Positions 1 through 14,016 are shown, counted from the whole stretch's first letter. The stretch: DNA of 63,025 nt, filler included, from Stramenopiles sp. TOSAG23-6 (GCA_900128565.1; 11 parts of 11 records of this genome joined end to end with filler, not necessarily neighbours in it), one strand, 5' to 3'. Notes: generated by a model not told the origin, from the letters alone. A program made the numbers and translations.

Positions 1-4
1 TAAC

Positions 5-116
5 GTATGTTTTATTTTTTTGAAAATTTGAATTTTTTTTTTTTAGTTTTCATACGAAATTTTGTACCTAACAAAATGTTTTTGATTTTTTTTTGAAATA
101 TTTTTCCAAAATACAT
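5..116 (+). mobile_element. Introner-like intron, GT...AT
   Basis: GTATGTTTT...CATACGAAATTTTGTACCTAAC...TGAAATATTTTTCCAAAATACAT; upstream exon cut by the contig edge. Confidence 0.75.
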
Positions 117-3100
117 ACAATTTCATGTATACAACCAACATTAAACACTACTTTCAGTGATATACAATTGGTGAACCGGGTATCCAGACAACCAAAGATT
201 CCAGGACGTCATCGAAAACATGGAACAGATTTGGCAAGAATAATATATGTTTTTTTTTTTTTGCCCGGATACAAAAAAATTTGATGTGAAAAAATGGTAT
301 TTATCCCCCGTAGCTGATGATAGAATAGACGATTATCCCCAACAACAACAACAACAACAAATGCATGACGTATCATCTATGGATCATGCATCTTTGGGAC
401 ATCATATTCGAAATACTGATCCATATGCAAATAACTCTAATCGAAATGAATTAAATATATCTCAAGGTACGAAATTTGGTATGGATTTGAGTAGTCAAAG
501 ATTTGTATCACAACATGTTATGGACCCTAATGGTAGAAAGCGTTCTAATTCTGATTCATCTAATTCTTATCACGAGTATAAACAACATTGTGAAAATTTA
601 ATCACACAAGTTGAACGCCTCGATTCGTATGAGGAAAAAATGTTTGATTTTCAAGGTGTTAGAGCTCGTGTACGAAAAGGTGCATATAAAAAACAACATG
701 GATTTACTGATGCTATAAAACGTGTCATAGAAAAAGTACGAAAGAAAGAAGAAGAGCACCAGAACGAGAAGTTTTTTAGAGCCACTGAAGTGTTGGAGGA
801 ATTCAAAAAATTATTAAAGAATTTTCGTAGTGATATGAATCATTTAAAAAAACAGGGGTATAGTGATCAAATATATCCCATAAGTCAAAAAAAACGTATG
901 AGAATGTATGTTTTATATGAATTTCTAATTTAATTTTTGTTTCACACGAAATTTCATACTAAACGATTTTTTTTTTGAAATATTTTTTCACTATATATGA
1001 CGCATCATGGAGGAGATGTCATTCATGGTACTCATCAATATGGATATGAGGATACTCGTAGATGGTCTTCAACAAGCAGTTCGATTAACAATGATGCAAT
1101 CAGTAATAATTATTGTTATGAAGATGATAGGCATCAGTTTGAAAATTCATCAAACATGAATCGATACAATCAAGGAATTCGACCTTCGAGTGGACTTAAA
1201 ATTAAGATTGATCGTGCTCATGCTACAGACATTATTAACCTACAACACCACCCTTCATCCGCACGTTCAACGAGCAGTCGTCAAAGCTATGTGGATGAGA
1301 TCCAACAACAGCAGTTCGAACAACAACTACAACAACAACAATTACAACAACAACAACAACAACAACAACAACTATTACAACAACAACAACAACAGCAACA
1401 ACAACAATTCCAGCTTCAGCAACAACAACAACTAAAAGAAAAAATGCGTAGAGAGCAACAGCGGGTGTTACAACAACATAAACATTCATATGTAAATCAG
1501 AGAAAATCGGAGTCTCACAGAAGACCGACTGTTCGCAGTGCTCAACAAAACACGAATTCTTCGAATAACTCTAACAAAATGTATCAGAAAGTTCCTGTCG
1601 TATTATTACTCGGAGCTCCATGCTGTGGTAAAGGAACACAAGGTAAAATATTACAAAGTGCTCTGCGGTGGCATTATGTATCATGTGGTGAAGAATTGCG
1701 TAAAGCACGAGTCATCAGCGCGAATGCTCATGCGATAAAAAATTTGGCACGTCTAGAGAATGATCCAAATTCGAAATCAGAAGCTTATGTCTTGCGGTGT
1801 CGAATTATTGATGAATTATTAAAGCGTCAATGTCTTCGTGCTTGCTTAGTAGAAAGTAATTATGCTGGCTTAGTGATTGATGGGTGCCGAACTGTAGAAC
1901 AAGCGAGGGCAATGGAGCAGACACTATCATGTATCAAAGGTCTCCCACCCCTAAAAATTCAGATTGTTGTAACTTTGCATGTACCGAAGGAAATTGTAAA
2001 AGAAAGAACATTTGATCGATGGATACATGCTCCAAGTGGTCGTATTTACAGCAAAACCATACGACCTCCAAAAAACCCTGGGTTTGATGACGTCACCGGT
2101 GAACGTCTTACCCAAAGAAGTGACAATGATATGTGGGGAAAAAGACACGATTTTTATATAGAAAAACTTGAAGATGTACAAAATTATTTTGTAAAAAGAG
2201 GCGCCTTATTATTAAATGTTGATGCTACATCAACGCCATTGAATGTTCATTCTAAAGTTACCAATGTAATCAATCTAGGTTTATATAATCGGAAAATAAA
2301 ACTTTCTCTTCCGGGTGAAGCCGCTTTATGCAGTCGTCCTCGATTGGCTCATTCATCAGCTTTACCTTCTTGGAACAAAGCTAATGGTGGTGGATGTCTT
2401 ATTTTATGTCGCAAACCACTTGCTGATTTAATAATTAGAGCTTTAGCTGAAGTTGATGAAACTCCTTTAAAACTTTCTCAGAATACGAATATACCTACAA
2501 CAGAAGTGTCAACATCACTTAGGAAAACACTTGCCTGGCCTATTACGCAAAATCCTGAGCGACTGCGTGATTTTTTAGTAGATGTTGCTTCTAGTAACAA
2601 AAATATTTCTGTTGTGCAACAAACTGTTCAGCTTGGAGAATGTTTAGGTTTACAATCATTATTACGCGAATCAACTGATATGAGTGCTTATTTTGGTACT
2701 GTCACTGGATTAAAAACGTTTGAAAATGGTGTTCAATTTGGAAAAATTTCATATAACCCTAACCCAGATGAACCTTTAAATGAACCTTTAAATGAACCTT
2801 TAAATGAGCATTTAAATGAGCATTCAGGAATAGTGAAAGAAATAGAGTTTAGTATGGATGAAGTTCGAACACCTACCATTGATATCACAAAAGATATGGA
2901 GGTTTCGTTTAATATTGTATCTAGACAGGGGAAAGATTGGGCTGTTAACATTGAAATTTGGGATGAAAAAAAAGTGAATATTTTAGATGTTTTAGAAAAT
3001 GAAAATAATGAAATTTGGAATCTTGAAAAGACGAAAAATACAAAAAATGATACGATGGACAAATTAGATCCTAAAGATTTGGAATCGACGACGGTTACAA

Positions 3101-4230
3101 CAGATAGAAATTTGATTAATTCTGGCCATTCTTTTGATTTGACTACGAGACTCTCAGACAAACACGAATTACCAAAGAGTGATACGATGATGGTTAAAAA
3201 TAATGTAGCTGATGAAACATGTACTCGTAACCCTAACCCTAATGATACAATTGGAGTTGAACAAAGTTCAATTAATACGGAATTAACTACAGAAAATGAA
3301 AACCTTTCCGTAGATGGTGAAAATCACAAAAATAATAAGAACAATGAAACATTGAAATCAGTGATGGATGATTCTAAAACAATAATGAATAAAGAGATAA
3401 AAAACAATGAAACACAAAATACTACAAAAACAATGAATGACGATACAAATCAAGAAATAACGACTAAAAAATTATTTGAGAATAATGGAAAAGATATCCA
3501 ACCATCTTCAAATTGTGATGAAAAAACTGGAAAAACTGAAAAATCGAAAACGAATAAAGAAATATGGTGTGGTTTGCTCACATTTGGATTAAAATTACCT
3601 CAAGTTGTTCTCCCCAGTGGTGTCTTTCAAGCCGAAGATTCGGGACATTCTCTAAATTGCGCAGCGCGAGAATTGAAGAAACATCTTGGCATCGTTTTAG
3701 AATCAAAAATTTGGACTAGTACGACACAACAATATTTACGACAAAAACAATTAAATCCAAAATATGGTACATTAGAGTTATATAGAGATTCGGTTAGTCA
3801 ACCCAAGCATCGCGTTTATTATATTTTATTACCAGAGGCAAAAGATGCTATTGTCAGTGTTTTGTATGATAAAGATGGCCGGCGTATCATTCGAATATCA
3901 ACAAAACATCCAGCGTCTAGTTCAACAGTTACATCAACAAAAAGTCGATCAACAATAAAAAAAAATGAAAAACAGCCTAATTGGGTTGTTAAAACTGTGG
4001 ACGGTGTGCACTTCTTTTATAATATGCATAAAAAAGTATTTGTCTCTCATACATTACCTCAAGAATGGATAGCAGCAGGATGGCAAATTGCTTGTCAGAG
4101 TGCTGGTACAATGTTGTATTGGTTTAATAAAATATCACAAGAGTCTGAATGGAGAGCAGGCGATAATGCAAAATCACCACCAGGATTTGAACCGCACCCG
4201 GATCATAAAGAAGTGAAAATCCCAAATTAA
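117..4230 (+). CDS. Multi-exon, 5'-partial protein: polyQ region, adenylate-kinase domain, cold-shock-like domain, degenerate Nudix box, two WW-like domains
   Basis: P-loop GAPCCGKGTQ, LVIDG.RT.EQA and LID RWIHAPSGRIY...DDVTGERLTQRSD. Exons 117-905 (apparent frameshift in the T-run near 250-262) and 999-4230. Confidence 0.75.
906..998 (+). mobile_element. Introner-like intron, GT...AT, 93 nt
   Basis: AT|GTATGT...TTCACTATATAT|G joins ORF 247-933 to ORF 997-4230 in frame; contains an in-frame stop and no AG. Confidence 0.85.
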
Positions 4231-4842
4231 AAAACTTTTCTTAAATAGTAGGATTTGAACCGCCGCGTTCATAACAGAATCAGAGGGAAGACATCTAGAG
4301 AGTAAGATTTGAATAAATAAGGATAATTTCTCTAGAAAAGTAGGACTTATTTTGGTTAGTTGAAGCCCTAATCCTATTTATTATCTCTGTAGGGTGATGT
4401 CGTGTTTGGTTTTATTTTGATTGGATTGTTGTCAAATCATATGTGAAGATGAAACATAATTTTATTCTTGTTTTGCTGGTGTAAAGAGTAAAAGCAGTTG
4501 TATGTTTTTATAAATATAGTATTAAGCTATTTCTTGTTTTTCACATTTTTTGAATTTTTTGATTACTATTATTTTTTTTTCTAAACAGGGCATTTGTTTT
4601 CGCTAAAGTTTCATTATTATTGTAGAGCTTGTATAGGCCCAGTAAGACATGAAAAATGTCGGTCATTGTATTGTAAATGATCAACTTTATCATATATCTA
4701 GTATTGTTGAAGAAGTACAAGATAAGTGATTTCAACAAATTGCACTAAAAATGATCATAATGCTAATGTATAAAAATTCGAATATGATGATGGAAAATAT
4801 ATTTGTGTATTACGACTACATTTAATTGAATAATAAAAACAT

Positions 4843-5879
4843 CTAAACAATACCGCTCTCACCTGTAGTTAAATTCACATTTTCATATAACCCATTCAAA
4901 TGTTCATTCATTTTCTCAAGTAACACGAAATCCTGTATTTCTTTTGGTTTTTCAATTTCTAATTTAATAGCTCCTTTTATATTTCTGTATAAAGCTGCTT
5001 TTTGGTATGAGTTTCCTGCTGTTTGTGCTAATAATGCTGTAACTGTTGTATTCAATCTAAGAAGTTTTTGTATTTCTTTAATTTCTGAATTTAGAATTTG
5101 TCTTCTTTCATGAAACCAATTCCAAAAATTTGGACTTTGCACGAAATATAGTAAAAGTTGAAACCAAGTTGAATTTCGTCCAGTTCCACAAATAGCCGCA
5201 ATATTTGGCATTTTCTGTGGATTTATTGTTTTTTTTTTCATATTTGATAAAAATAAATCAATTTCAAATTTAGGTATCAGATGTGTAGGATTTTCATACG
5301 GTCCAAAACCAGTCGATCCAAACCCTAACCCTAATGATATATTTTTACTGACATTTTGGGTATTTGAATGCATTGAAAAAAATGATGCTGAGCTACCAAT
5401 ACCTCCTGGAACGTACATTTTTTTATGTCGTGTTTTTTTGGAAATTTGAAAAAAGGGTTCAAATGGTAGTAATAATTCTGTAGTTAAATGTCTAAAATGT
5501 GATTTTAAAATTTTAGTATTAATCGAACAAAATGGATCTATGGACAAACCTGTTACAGATTGTACAGTAGTATCTGAATGTATGGATGAGGATGATGACG
5601 TATTGCTTCTGGTACTTTTATTATTACTCATACTTATTGGATAGGAAAATGATGAATTTCTTTGTGATTTTTGTGATGGTATTTTATCTTGTAGATTTCG
5701 TGATTGTTTTGAAAATGATGAACTTATTCTTTTCCGTATATTTCGTGTTGTTGTAGGTTTTTTTAATAATTGTTTCATAATAGTTTTATAAGGTGAAACT
5801 ACAGGCAAATTACGACATATAAGATATGCTCTATATGAATGTAATTTATTATCTGATTGTGAACTACCTGCAACAGCCC
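4843..5879 (-). CDS. DENND6/FAM116-like protein, last exon
   Basis: LKSHFRHLTTELLLPFEPFF...FVQSPNFWNWFHERR resembles the DENND6 C-terminal region; preceded by a family intron tail. Confidence 0.65.
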
Positions 5880-5974
5880 AAATAATGTGAAAAAATATGT
5901 TCCCATTCAAAATTTGTTACATTCAAGATTTTGAAAGGTTTTGAAAGGAAAACATGGAAATTGAAAAAATATAT

Positions 5975-6122
5975 ACATTTGAACAATACATTTGAACAAT
6001 ATATTTGAACAATACATTTGAACAATATATTTGAACAATAGATTTGAACAATACATTTGAACAATATATTTGAACAATACATTTGAACAATACATTTGAA
6101 CAATACATTTGAACAATACATT
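5975..6122. repeat. 13-bp minisatellite (TTTGAACAATACA)n inside an intron
   Basis: About 11 tandem units running to the contig end. Confidence 0.9.
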
Positions 6123-6222
6123 NNNNNNNNNNNNNNNNNNNNNNNNNNNNNNNNNNNNNNNNNNNNTTAATTAATTAANNNNNNNNNNNNNNNNNNNNNN
6201 NNNNNNNNNNNNNNNNNNNNNN
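6123..6222. other. Artificial contig spacer N44-TTAATTAATTAA-N44 (also 12345, 18566, 24786, 31004, 37215, 43406, 49581, 55754, 61919)
   Basis: Ten identical 100-nt linkers with stops in all six frames; contig lengths decrease monotonically. Confidence 0.98.
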
Positions 6223-6338
6223 TAACGTATGTTTTATTTTTTTGAAAATTTGAATTTTTTTTTTTTAGTTTTCATACGAAATTTTGTACCTAACAAAATG
6301 TTTTTGATTTTTTTTTGAAATATTTTTCCAAAATACAT

Positions 6339-9300
6339 ACAATTTCATGTATACAACCAACATTAAACACTACTTTCAGTGATATACAATTGGTGAACCG
6401 GGTATCCAGACAACCAAAGATTCCAGGACGTCATCGAAAACATGGAACAGATTTGGCAAGAATAATATATGTTTTTTTTTTTTTGCCCGGATACAAAAAA
6501 ATTTGATGTGAAAAAATGGTATTTATCCCCCGTAGCTGATGATAGAATAGACGATTATCCCCAACAACAACAACAACAACAAATGCATGACGTATCATCT
6601 ATGGATCATGCATCTTTGGGACATCATATTCGAAATACTGATCCATATGCAAATAACTCTAATCGAAATGAATTAAATATATCTCAAGGTACGAAATTTG
6701 GTATGGATTTGAGTAGTCAAAGATTTGTATCACAACATGTTATGGACCCTAATGGTAGAAAGCGTTCTAATTCTGATTCATCTAATTCTTATCACGAGTA
6801 TAAACAACATTGTGAAAATTTAATCACACAAGTTGAACGCCTCGATTCGTATGAGGAAAAAATGTTTGATTTTCAAGGTGTTAGAGCTCGTGTACGAAAA
6901 GGTGCATATAAAAAACAACATGGATTTACTGATGCTATAAAACGTGTCATAGAAAAAGTACGAAAGAAAGAAGAAGAGCACCAGAACGAGAAGTTTTTTA
7001 GAGCCACTGAAGTGTTGGAGGAATTCAAAAAATTATTAAAGAATTTTCGTAGTGATATGAATCATTTAAAAAAACAGGGGTATAGTGATCAAATATATCC
7101 CATAAGTCAAAAAAAACGTATGAGAATGTATGTTTTATATGAATTTCTAATTTAATTTTTGTTTCACACGAAATTTCATACTAAACGATTTTTTTTTTGA
7201 AATATTTTTTCACTATATATGACGCATCATGGAGGAGATGTCATTCATGGTACTCATCAATATGGATATGAGGATACTCGTAGATGGTCTTCAACAAGCA
7301 GTTCGATTAACAATGATGCAATCAGTAATAATTATTGTTATGAAGATGATAGGCATCAGTTTGAAAATTCATCAAACATGAATCGATACAATCAAGGAAT
7401 TCGACCTTCGAGTGGACTTAAAATTAAGATTGATCGTGCTCATGCTACAGACATTATTAACCTACAACACCACCCTTCATCCGCACGTTCAACGAGCAGT
7501 CGTCAAAGCTATGTGGATGAGATCCAACAACAGCAGTTCGAACAACAACTACAACAACAACAATTACAACAACAACAACAACAACAACAACAACTATTAC
7601 AACAACAACAACAACAGCAACAACAACAATTCCAGCTTCAGCAACAACAACAACTAAAAGAAAAAATGCGTAGAGAGCAACAGCGGGTGTTACAACAACA
7701 TAAACATTCATATGTAAATCAGAGAAAATCGGAGTCTCACAGAAGACCGACTGTTCGCAGTGCTCAACAAAACACGAATTCTTCGAATAACTCTAACAAA
7801 ATGTATCAGAAAGTTCCTGTCGTATTATTACTCGGAGCTCCATGCTGTGGTAAAGGAACACAAGGTAAAATATTACAAAGTGCTCTGCGGTGGCATTATG
7901 TATCATGTGGTGAAGAATTGCGTAAAGCACGAGTCATCAGCGCGAATGCTCATGCGATAAAAAATTTGGCACGTCTAGAGAATGATCCAAATTCGAAATC
8001 AGAAGCTTATGTCTTGCGGTGTCGAATTATTGATGAATTATTAAAGCGTCAATGTCTTCGTGCTTGCTTAGTAGAAAGTAATTATGCTGGCTTAGTGATT
8101 GATGGGTGCCGAACTGTAGAACAAGCGAGGGCAATGGAGCAGACACTATCATGTATCAAAGGTCTCCCACCCCTAAAAATTCAGATTGTTGTAACTTTGC
8201 ATGTACCGAAGGAAATTGTAAAAGAAAGAACATTTGATCGATGGATACATGCTCCAAGTGGTCGTATTTACAGCAAAACCATACGACCTCCAAAAAACCC
8301 TGGGTTTGATGACGTCACCGGTGAACGTCTTACCCAAAGAAGTGACAATGATATGTGGGGAAAAAGACACGATTTTTATATAGAAAAACTTGAAGATGTA
8401 CAAAATTATTTTGTAAAAAGAGGCGCCTTATTATTAAATGTTGATGCTACATCAACGCCATTGAATGTTCATTCTAAAGTTACCAATGTAATCAATCTAG
8501 GTTTATATAATCGGAAAATAAAACTTTCTCTTCCGGGTGAAGCCGCTTTATGCAGTCGTCCTCGATTGGCTCATTCATCAGCTTTACCTTCTTGGAACAA
8601 AGCTAATGGTGGTGGATGTCTTATTTTATGTCGCAAACCACTTGCTGATTTAATAATTAGAGCTTTAGCTGAAGTTGATGAAACTCCTTTAAAACTTTCT
8701 CAGAATACGAATATACCTACAACAGAAGTGTCAACATCACTTAGGAAAACACTTGCCTGGCCTATTACGCAAAATCCTGAGCGACTGCGTGATTTTTTAG
8801 TAGATGTTGCTTCTAGTAACAAAAATATTTCTGTTGTGCAACAAACTGTTCAGCTTGGAGAATGTTTAGGTTTACAATCATTATTACGCGAATCAACTGA
8901 TATGAGTGCTTATTTTGGTACTGTCACTGGATTAAAAACGTTTGAAAATGGTGTTCAATTTGGAAAAATTTCATATAACCCTAACCCAGATGAACCTTTA
9001 AATGAACCTTTAAATGAACCTTTAAATGAGCATTTAAATGAGCATTCAGGAATAGTGAAAGAAATAGAGTTTAGTATGGATGAAGTTCGAACACCTACCA
9101 TTGATATCACAAAAGATATGGAGGTTTCGTTTAATATTGTATCTAGACAGGGGAAAGATTGGGCTGTTAACATTGAAATTTGGGATGAAAAAAAAGTGAA
9201 TATTTTAGATGTTTTAGAAAATGAAAATAATGAAATTTGGAATCTTGAAAAGACGAAAAATACAAAAAATGATACGATGGACAAATTAGATCCTAAAGAT

Positions 9301-10452
9301 TTGGAATCGACGACGGTTACAACAGATAGAAATTTGATTAATTCTGGCCATTCTTTTGATTTGACTACGAGACTCTCAGACAAACACGAATTACCAAAGA
9401 GTGATACGATGATGGTTAAAAATAATGTAGCTGATGAAACATGTACTCGTAACCCTAACCCTAATGATACAATTGGAGTTGAACAAAGTTCAATTAATAC
9501 GGAATTAACTACAGAAAATGAAAACCTTTCCGTAGATGGTGAAAATCACAAAAATAATAAGAACAATGAAACATTGAAATCAGTGATGGATGATTCTAAA
9601 ACAATAATGAATAAAGAGATAAAAAACAATGAAACACAAAATACTACAAAAACAATGAATGACGATACAAATCAAGAAATAACGACTAAAAAATTATTTG
9701 AGAATAATGGAAAAGATATCCAACCATCTTCAAATTGTGATGAAAAAACTGGAAAAACTGAAAAATCGAAAACGAATAAAGAAATATGGTGTGGTTTGCT
9801 CACATTTGGATTAAAATTACCTCAAGTTGTTCTCCCCAGTGGTGTCTTTCAAGCCGAAGATTCGGGACATTCTCTAAATTGCGCAGCGCGAGAATTGAAG
9901 AAACATCTTGGCATCGTTTTAGAATCAAAAATTTGGACTAGTACGACACAACAATATTTACGACAAAAACAATTAAATCCAAAATATGGTACATTAGAGT
10001 TATATAGAGATTCGGTTAGTCAACCCAAGCATCGCGTTTATTATATTTTATTACCAGAGGCAAAAGATGCTATTGTCAGTGTTTTGTATGATAAAGATGG
10101 CCGGCGTATCATTCGAATATCAACAAAACATCCAGCGTCTAGTTCAACAGTTACATCAACAAAAAGTCGATCAACAATAAAAAAAAATGAAAAACAGCCT
10201 AATTGGGTTGTTAAAACTGTGGACGGTGTGCACTTCTTTTATAATATGCATAAAAAAGTATTTGTCTCTCATACATTACCTCAAGAATGGATAGCAGCAG
10301 GATGGCAAATTGCTTGTCAGAGTGCTGGTACAATGTTGTATTGGTTTAATAAAATATCACAAGAGTCTGAATGGAGAGCAGGCGATAATGCAAAATCACC
10401 ACCAGGATTTGAACCGCACCCGGATCATAAAGAAGTGAAAATCCCAAATTAA
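6339..10452 (+). CDS. Duplicate copy of the adenylate-kinase multidomain gene
   Basis: Identical to 117-4230. Confidence 0.75.
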
Positions 10453-11064
10453 AAAACTTTTCTTAAATAGTAGGATTTGAACCGCCGCGTTCATAACAGA
10501 ATCAGAGGGAAGACATCTAGAGAGTAAGATTTGAATAAATAAGGATAATTTCTCTAGAAAAGTAGGACTTATTTTGGTTAGTTGAAGCCCTAATCCTATT
10601 TATTATCTCTGTAGGGTGATGTCGTGTTTGGTTTTATTTTGATTGGATTGTTGTCAAATCATATGTGAAGATGAAACATAATTTTATTCTTGTTTTGCTG
10701 GTGTAAAGAGTAAAAGCAGTTGTATGTTTTTATAAATATAGTATTAAGCTATTTCTTGTTTTTCACATTTTTTGAATTTTTTGATTACTATTATTTTTTT
10801 TTCTAAACAGGGCATTTGTTTTCGCTAAAGTTTCATTATTATTGTAGAGCTTGTATAGGCCCAGTAAGACATGAAAAATGTCGGTCATTGTATTGTAAAT
10901 GATCAACTTTATCATATATCTAGTATTGTTGAAGAAGTACAAGATAAGTGATTTCAACAAATTGCACTAAAAATGATCATAATGCTAATGTATAAAAATT
11001 CGAATATGATGATGGAAAATATATTTGTGTATTACGACTACATTTAATTGAATAATAAAAACAT

Positions 11065-12101
11065 CTAAACAATACCGCTCTCACCTGTAGTTAAATTCAC
11101 ATTTTCATATAACCCATTCAAATGTTCATTCATTTTCTCAAGTAACACGAAATCCTGTATTTCTTTTGGTTTTTCAATTTCTAATTTAATAGCTCCTTTT
11201 ATATTTCTGTATAAAGCTGCTTTTTGGTATGAGTTTCCTGCTGTTTGTGCTAATAATGCTGTAACTGTTGTATTCAATCTAAGAAGTTTTTGTATTTCTT
11301 TAATTTCTGAATTTAGAATTTGTCTTCTTTCATGAAACCAATTCCAAAAATTTGGACTTTGCACGAAATATAGTAAAAGTTGAAACCAAGTTGAATTTCG
11401 TCCAGTTCCACAAATAGCCGCAATATTTGGCATTTTCTGTGGATTTATTGTTTTTTTTTTCATATTTGATAAAAATAAATCAATTTCAAATTTAGGTATC
11501 AGATGTGTAGGATTTTCATACGGTCCAAAACCAGTCGATCCAAACCCTAACCCTAATGATATATTTTTACTGACATTTTGGGTATTTGAATGCATTGAAA
11601 AAAATGATGCTGAGCTACCAATACCTCCTGGAACGTACATTTTTTTATGTCGTGTTTTTTTGGAAATTTGAAAAAAGGGTTCAAATGGTAGTAATAATTC
11701 TGTAGTTAAATGTCTAAAATGTGATTTTAAAATTTTAGTATTAATCGAACAAAATGGATCTATGGACAAACCTGTTACAGATTGTACAGTAGTATCTGAA
11801 TGTATGGATGAGGATGATGACGTATTGCTTCTGGTACTTTTATTATTACTCATACTTATTGGATAGGAAAATGATGAATTTCTTTGTGATTTTTGTGATG
11901 GTATTTTATCTTGTAGATTTCGTGATTGTTTTGAAAATGATGAACTTATTCTTTTCCGTATATTTCGTGTTGTTGTAGGTTTTTTTAATAATTGTTTCAT
12001 AATAGTTTTATAAGGTGAAACTACAGGCAAATTACGACATATAAGATATGCTCTATATGAATGTAATTTATTATCTGATTGTGAACTACCTGCAACAGCC
12101 C
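11065..12101 (-). CDS. Duplicate copy of the DENND6-like last exon
   Basis: Identical to 4843-5879. Confidence 0.65.
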
Positions 12102-12570
12102 AAATAATGTGAAAAAATATGTTCCCATTCAAAATTTGTTACATTCAAGATTTTGAAAGGTTTTGAAAGGAAAACATGGAAATTGAAAAAATATATACAT
12201 TTGAACAATACATTTGAACAATATATTTGAACAATACATTTGAACAATATATTTGAACAATAGATTTGAACAATACATTTGAACAATATATTTGAACAAT
12301 ACATTTGAACAATACATTTGAACAATACATTTGAACAATACATTNNNNNNNNNNNNNNNNNNNNNNNNNNNNNNNNNNNNNNNNNNNNTTAATTAATTAA
12401 NNNNNNNNNNNNNNNNNNNNNNNNNNNNNNNNNNNNNNNNNNNNAGGTACAAAATTTCGTACCTAACAAAAAAAATTTCAAAAAAATTTTCAAAAAAATT
12501 TTCAAAAAAAAAAAAAAAAAAATCTAAAATCTAAAAAAGTTATAATTTTTTTTCTTTTTTTACATTATAG

Positions 12571-13609
12571 CACGTCAGGAAAAGGGTATGTCGAGGTTCG
12601 GTTCTCAGGGGTGAGTAAAGGTATTATGGTAGAGAGGATTATATCCATATTAGAACGTGGAAGTAGTAAAAAAATTGACTTTATTTTGTGCGCTGGTGAT
12701 GACAGTTCAGATGAAACAATGTACGTAACCCTAACCCTAAAAAAAAACAAATGAATAATAATTTCTGTACAACATTTGTATAAAAATTTTGTACCTAACC
12801 AAGAAGAAGAGAAAAAAAAAACTATATATATTTGTATTATACATGTTTGAAGCCTTACTAAGACGTCGTAAAAATTGTACATCGGTGTTACCACCTGGTT
12901 TTAAACAATATGTATGTTTTATTTTTTTTTAACAAAAAAAATCGATTTTTTTTTTTTTTTTTTTTTAAAAATTTTTTTACCTAAAAAATTTTTTTTGATT
13001 TTTTTTTACGGTAGGAAAGAAGCCAAGTGCAGCAGAGTTCTTTGTTGACGATTCTGATGATGTAGGTACGTGTTCAGTTTTCAAAATTTAATTTTTTTTT
13101 TCATACGAAATTTTGTACCTAACGTTTTTTTACGAAAAAAAAAAAATATTTTTTCACAATATTTGATCGCTTCTTTTAGCATTGACTAAAATGAATACAA
13201 CAATGTCTCGTAGTTTATCAATGAATGATTCAAGGACACTTCAGACAAAGTGGAATCGAACAACGAATGGTGTAGGTTTTCATTAATTCATAATTTCATT
13301 TTTTTTTTTTGCTATGAAATTTTTTTTTTTTTTTTTTGTTACTATGAATTTTTTTTTTCTAAACAATACTAAATTTTTTTGACTTTTTTCACAATACATG
13401 ATTCGAAATTGTTTCGATTCCGCTATGGTTCACTTACCGACTGTAGTGATATGTCGAATAATAACCCTAACCCTAATGATGTTCCAGTATCTTTGTTAAA
13501 TGATAAGTCTTTAAAAAGTGAACCAACAATTGATGAATTTCTGGACGAAATTGGTACAAATGTCAGTGAAAGTAGTGCAGATGATGATGAAGGTGGTTTA
13601 TGGATGTAG
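12571..13609 (+). CDS. Trehalose-6-phosphate synthase/phosphatase, C-terminal TPP (HAD) part, 5 exons
   Basis: GKGYVEVRFSGVSKG, DFILCAGDDSSDETM|F, TVGKKPSAAEFFVDD. Exons 12571-12720, 12845-12911, 13008-13065, 13165-13271, 13400-13609. Largely missed by the ORF track. Confidence 0.85.
12721..12844 (+). mobile_element. Introner-like intron, GT...AT, 124 nt
   Basis: AT|GTACGT(AACCCT)2...TTATACAT|G restores the HAD motif GDDxSDExMF. Confidence 0.9.
13066..13164 (+). mobile_element. Introner-like intron, probably GT...TT, 99 nt
   Basis: GTACGT...TCACAATATTT| gives DDV-GSLLLAL; an in-frame AG 15 nt further downstream is an alternative. Confidence 0.65.
13272..13399 (+). mobile_element. Introner-like intron, GT...AT, 128 nt
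   Basis: GTAGGT...TCACAATACAT| phase-0 join RTTNG-DSKLFR. Confidence 0.8.
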
Positions 13610-14016
13610 GGTTAGGGTTTTAAAAAAATAAAAAATAAAAATTTGCAGTTCATAATTCAATACTTAGGGTTGATGAGCTCACACATTAACTGCGAAATTC
13701 AACTACAAATATCATGTGTACTCATGTGTGAAGAATGAAAATAAAAAATTCTAATAATTCAATAATTGTCCACTTTTTGTATATAGCTACTATACTATAA
13801 ATAATATATATATAATATGTACGATAACTAATGACTATAAATCCACCACTAATAGAAAAGTACTATGAAATGAAAAAAATGAACATTGTANGTACTTAAT
13901 TTCGTACCAATTCCAAAAAAAGAAAAAAAAAATTTGTATACTACATTGTCATTTTATGTTTTGAACATTGACATTTTTCTCTAGATACAGAATTAACTAT
14001 AAATAATAACTACAAA

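Larger units (their letters stand above)
6223..12344 (+). repeat. Duplicate of contig 1-6122 (offset 6222)
   Basis: All ORFs repeat with identical translations and the contig ends are identical. Confidence 0.97.

Noticed and set aside
245-265. Programmed frameshift (also near 27904)
   Set aside because: Both sites are in homopolymer runs; sequencing error or a collapsed intron is more likely.
6167-6178. Repeated TTAATTAATTAA motif
   Set aside because: Six-frame stop linker inside N padding.
1-12344. 6.1-kb tandem gene duplication
   Set aside because: The copies are separate contigs with identical ends and sequence, joined by an artificial spacer; redundancy in the assembly.
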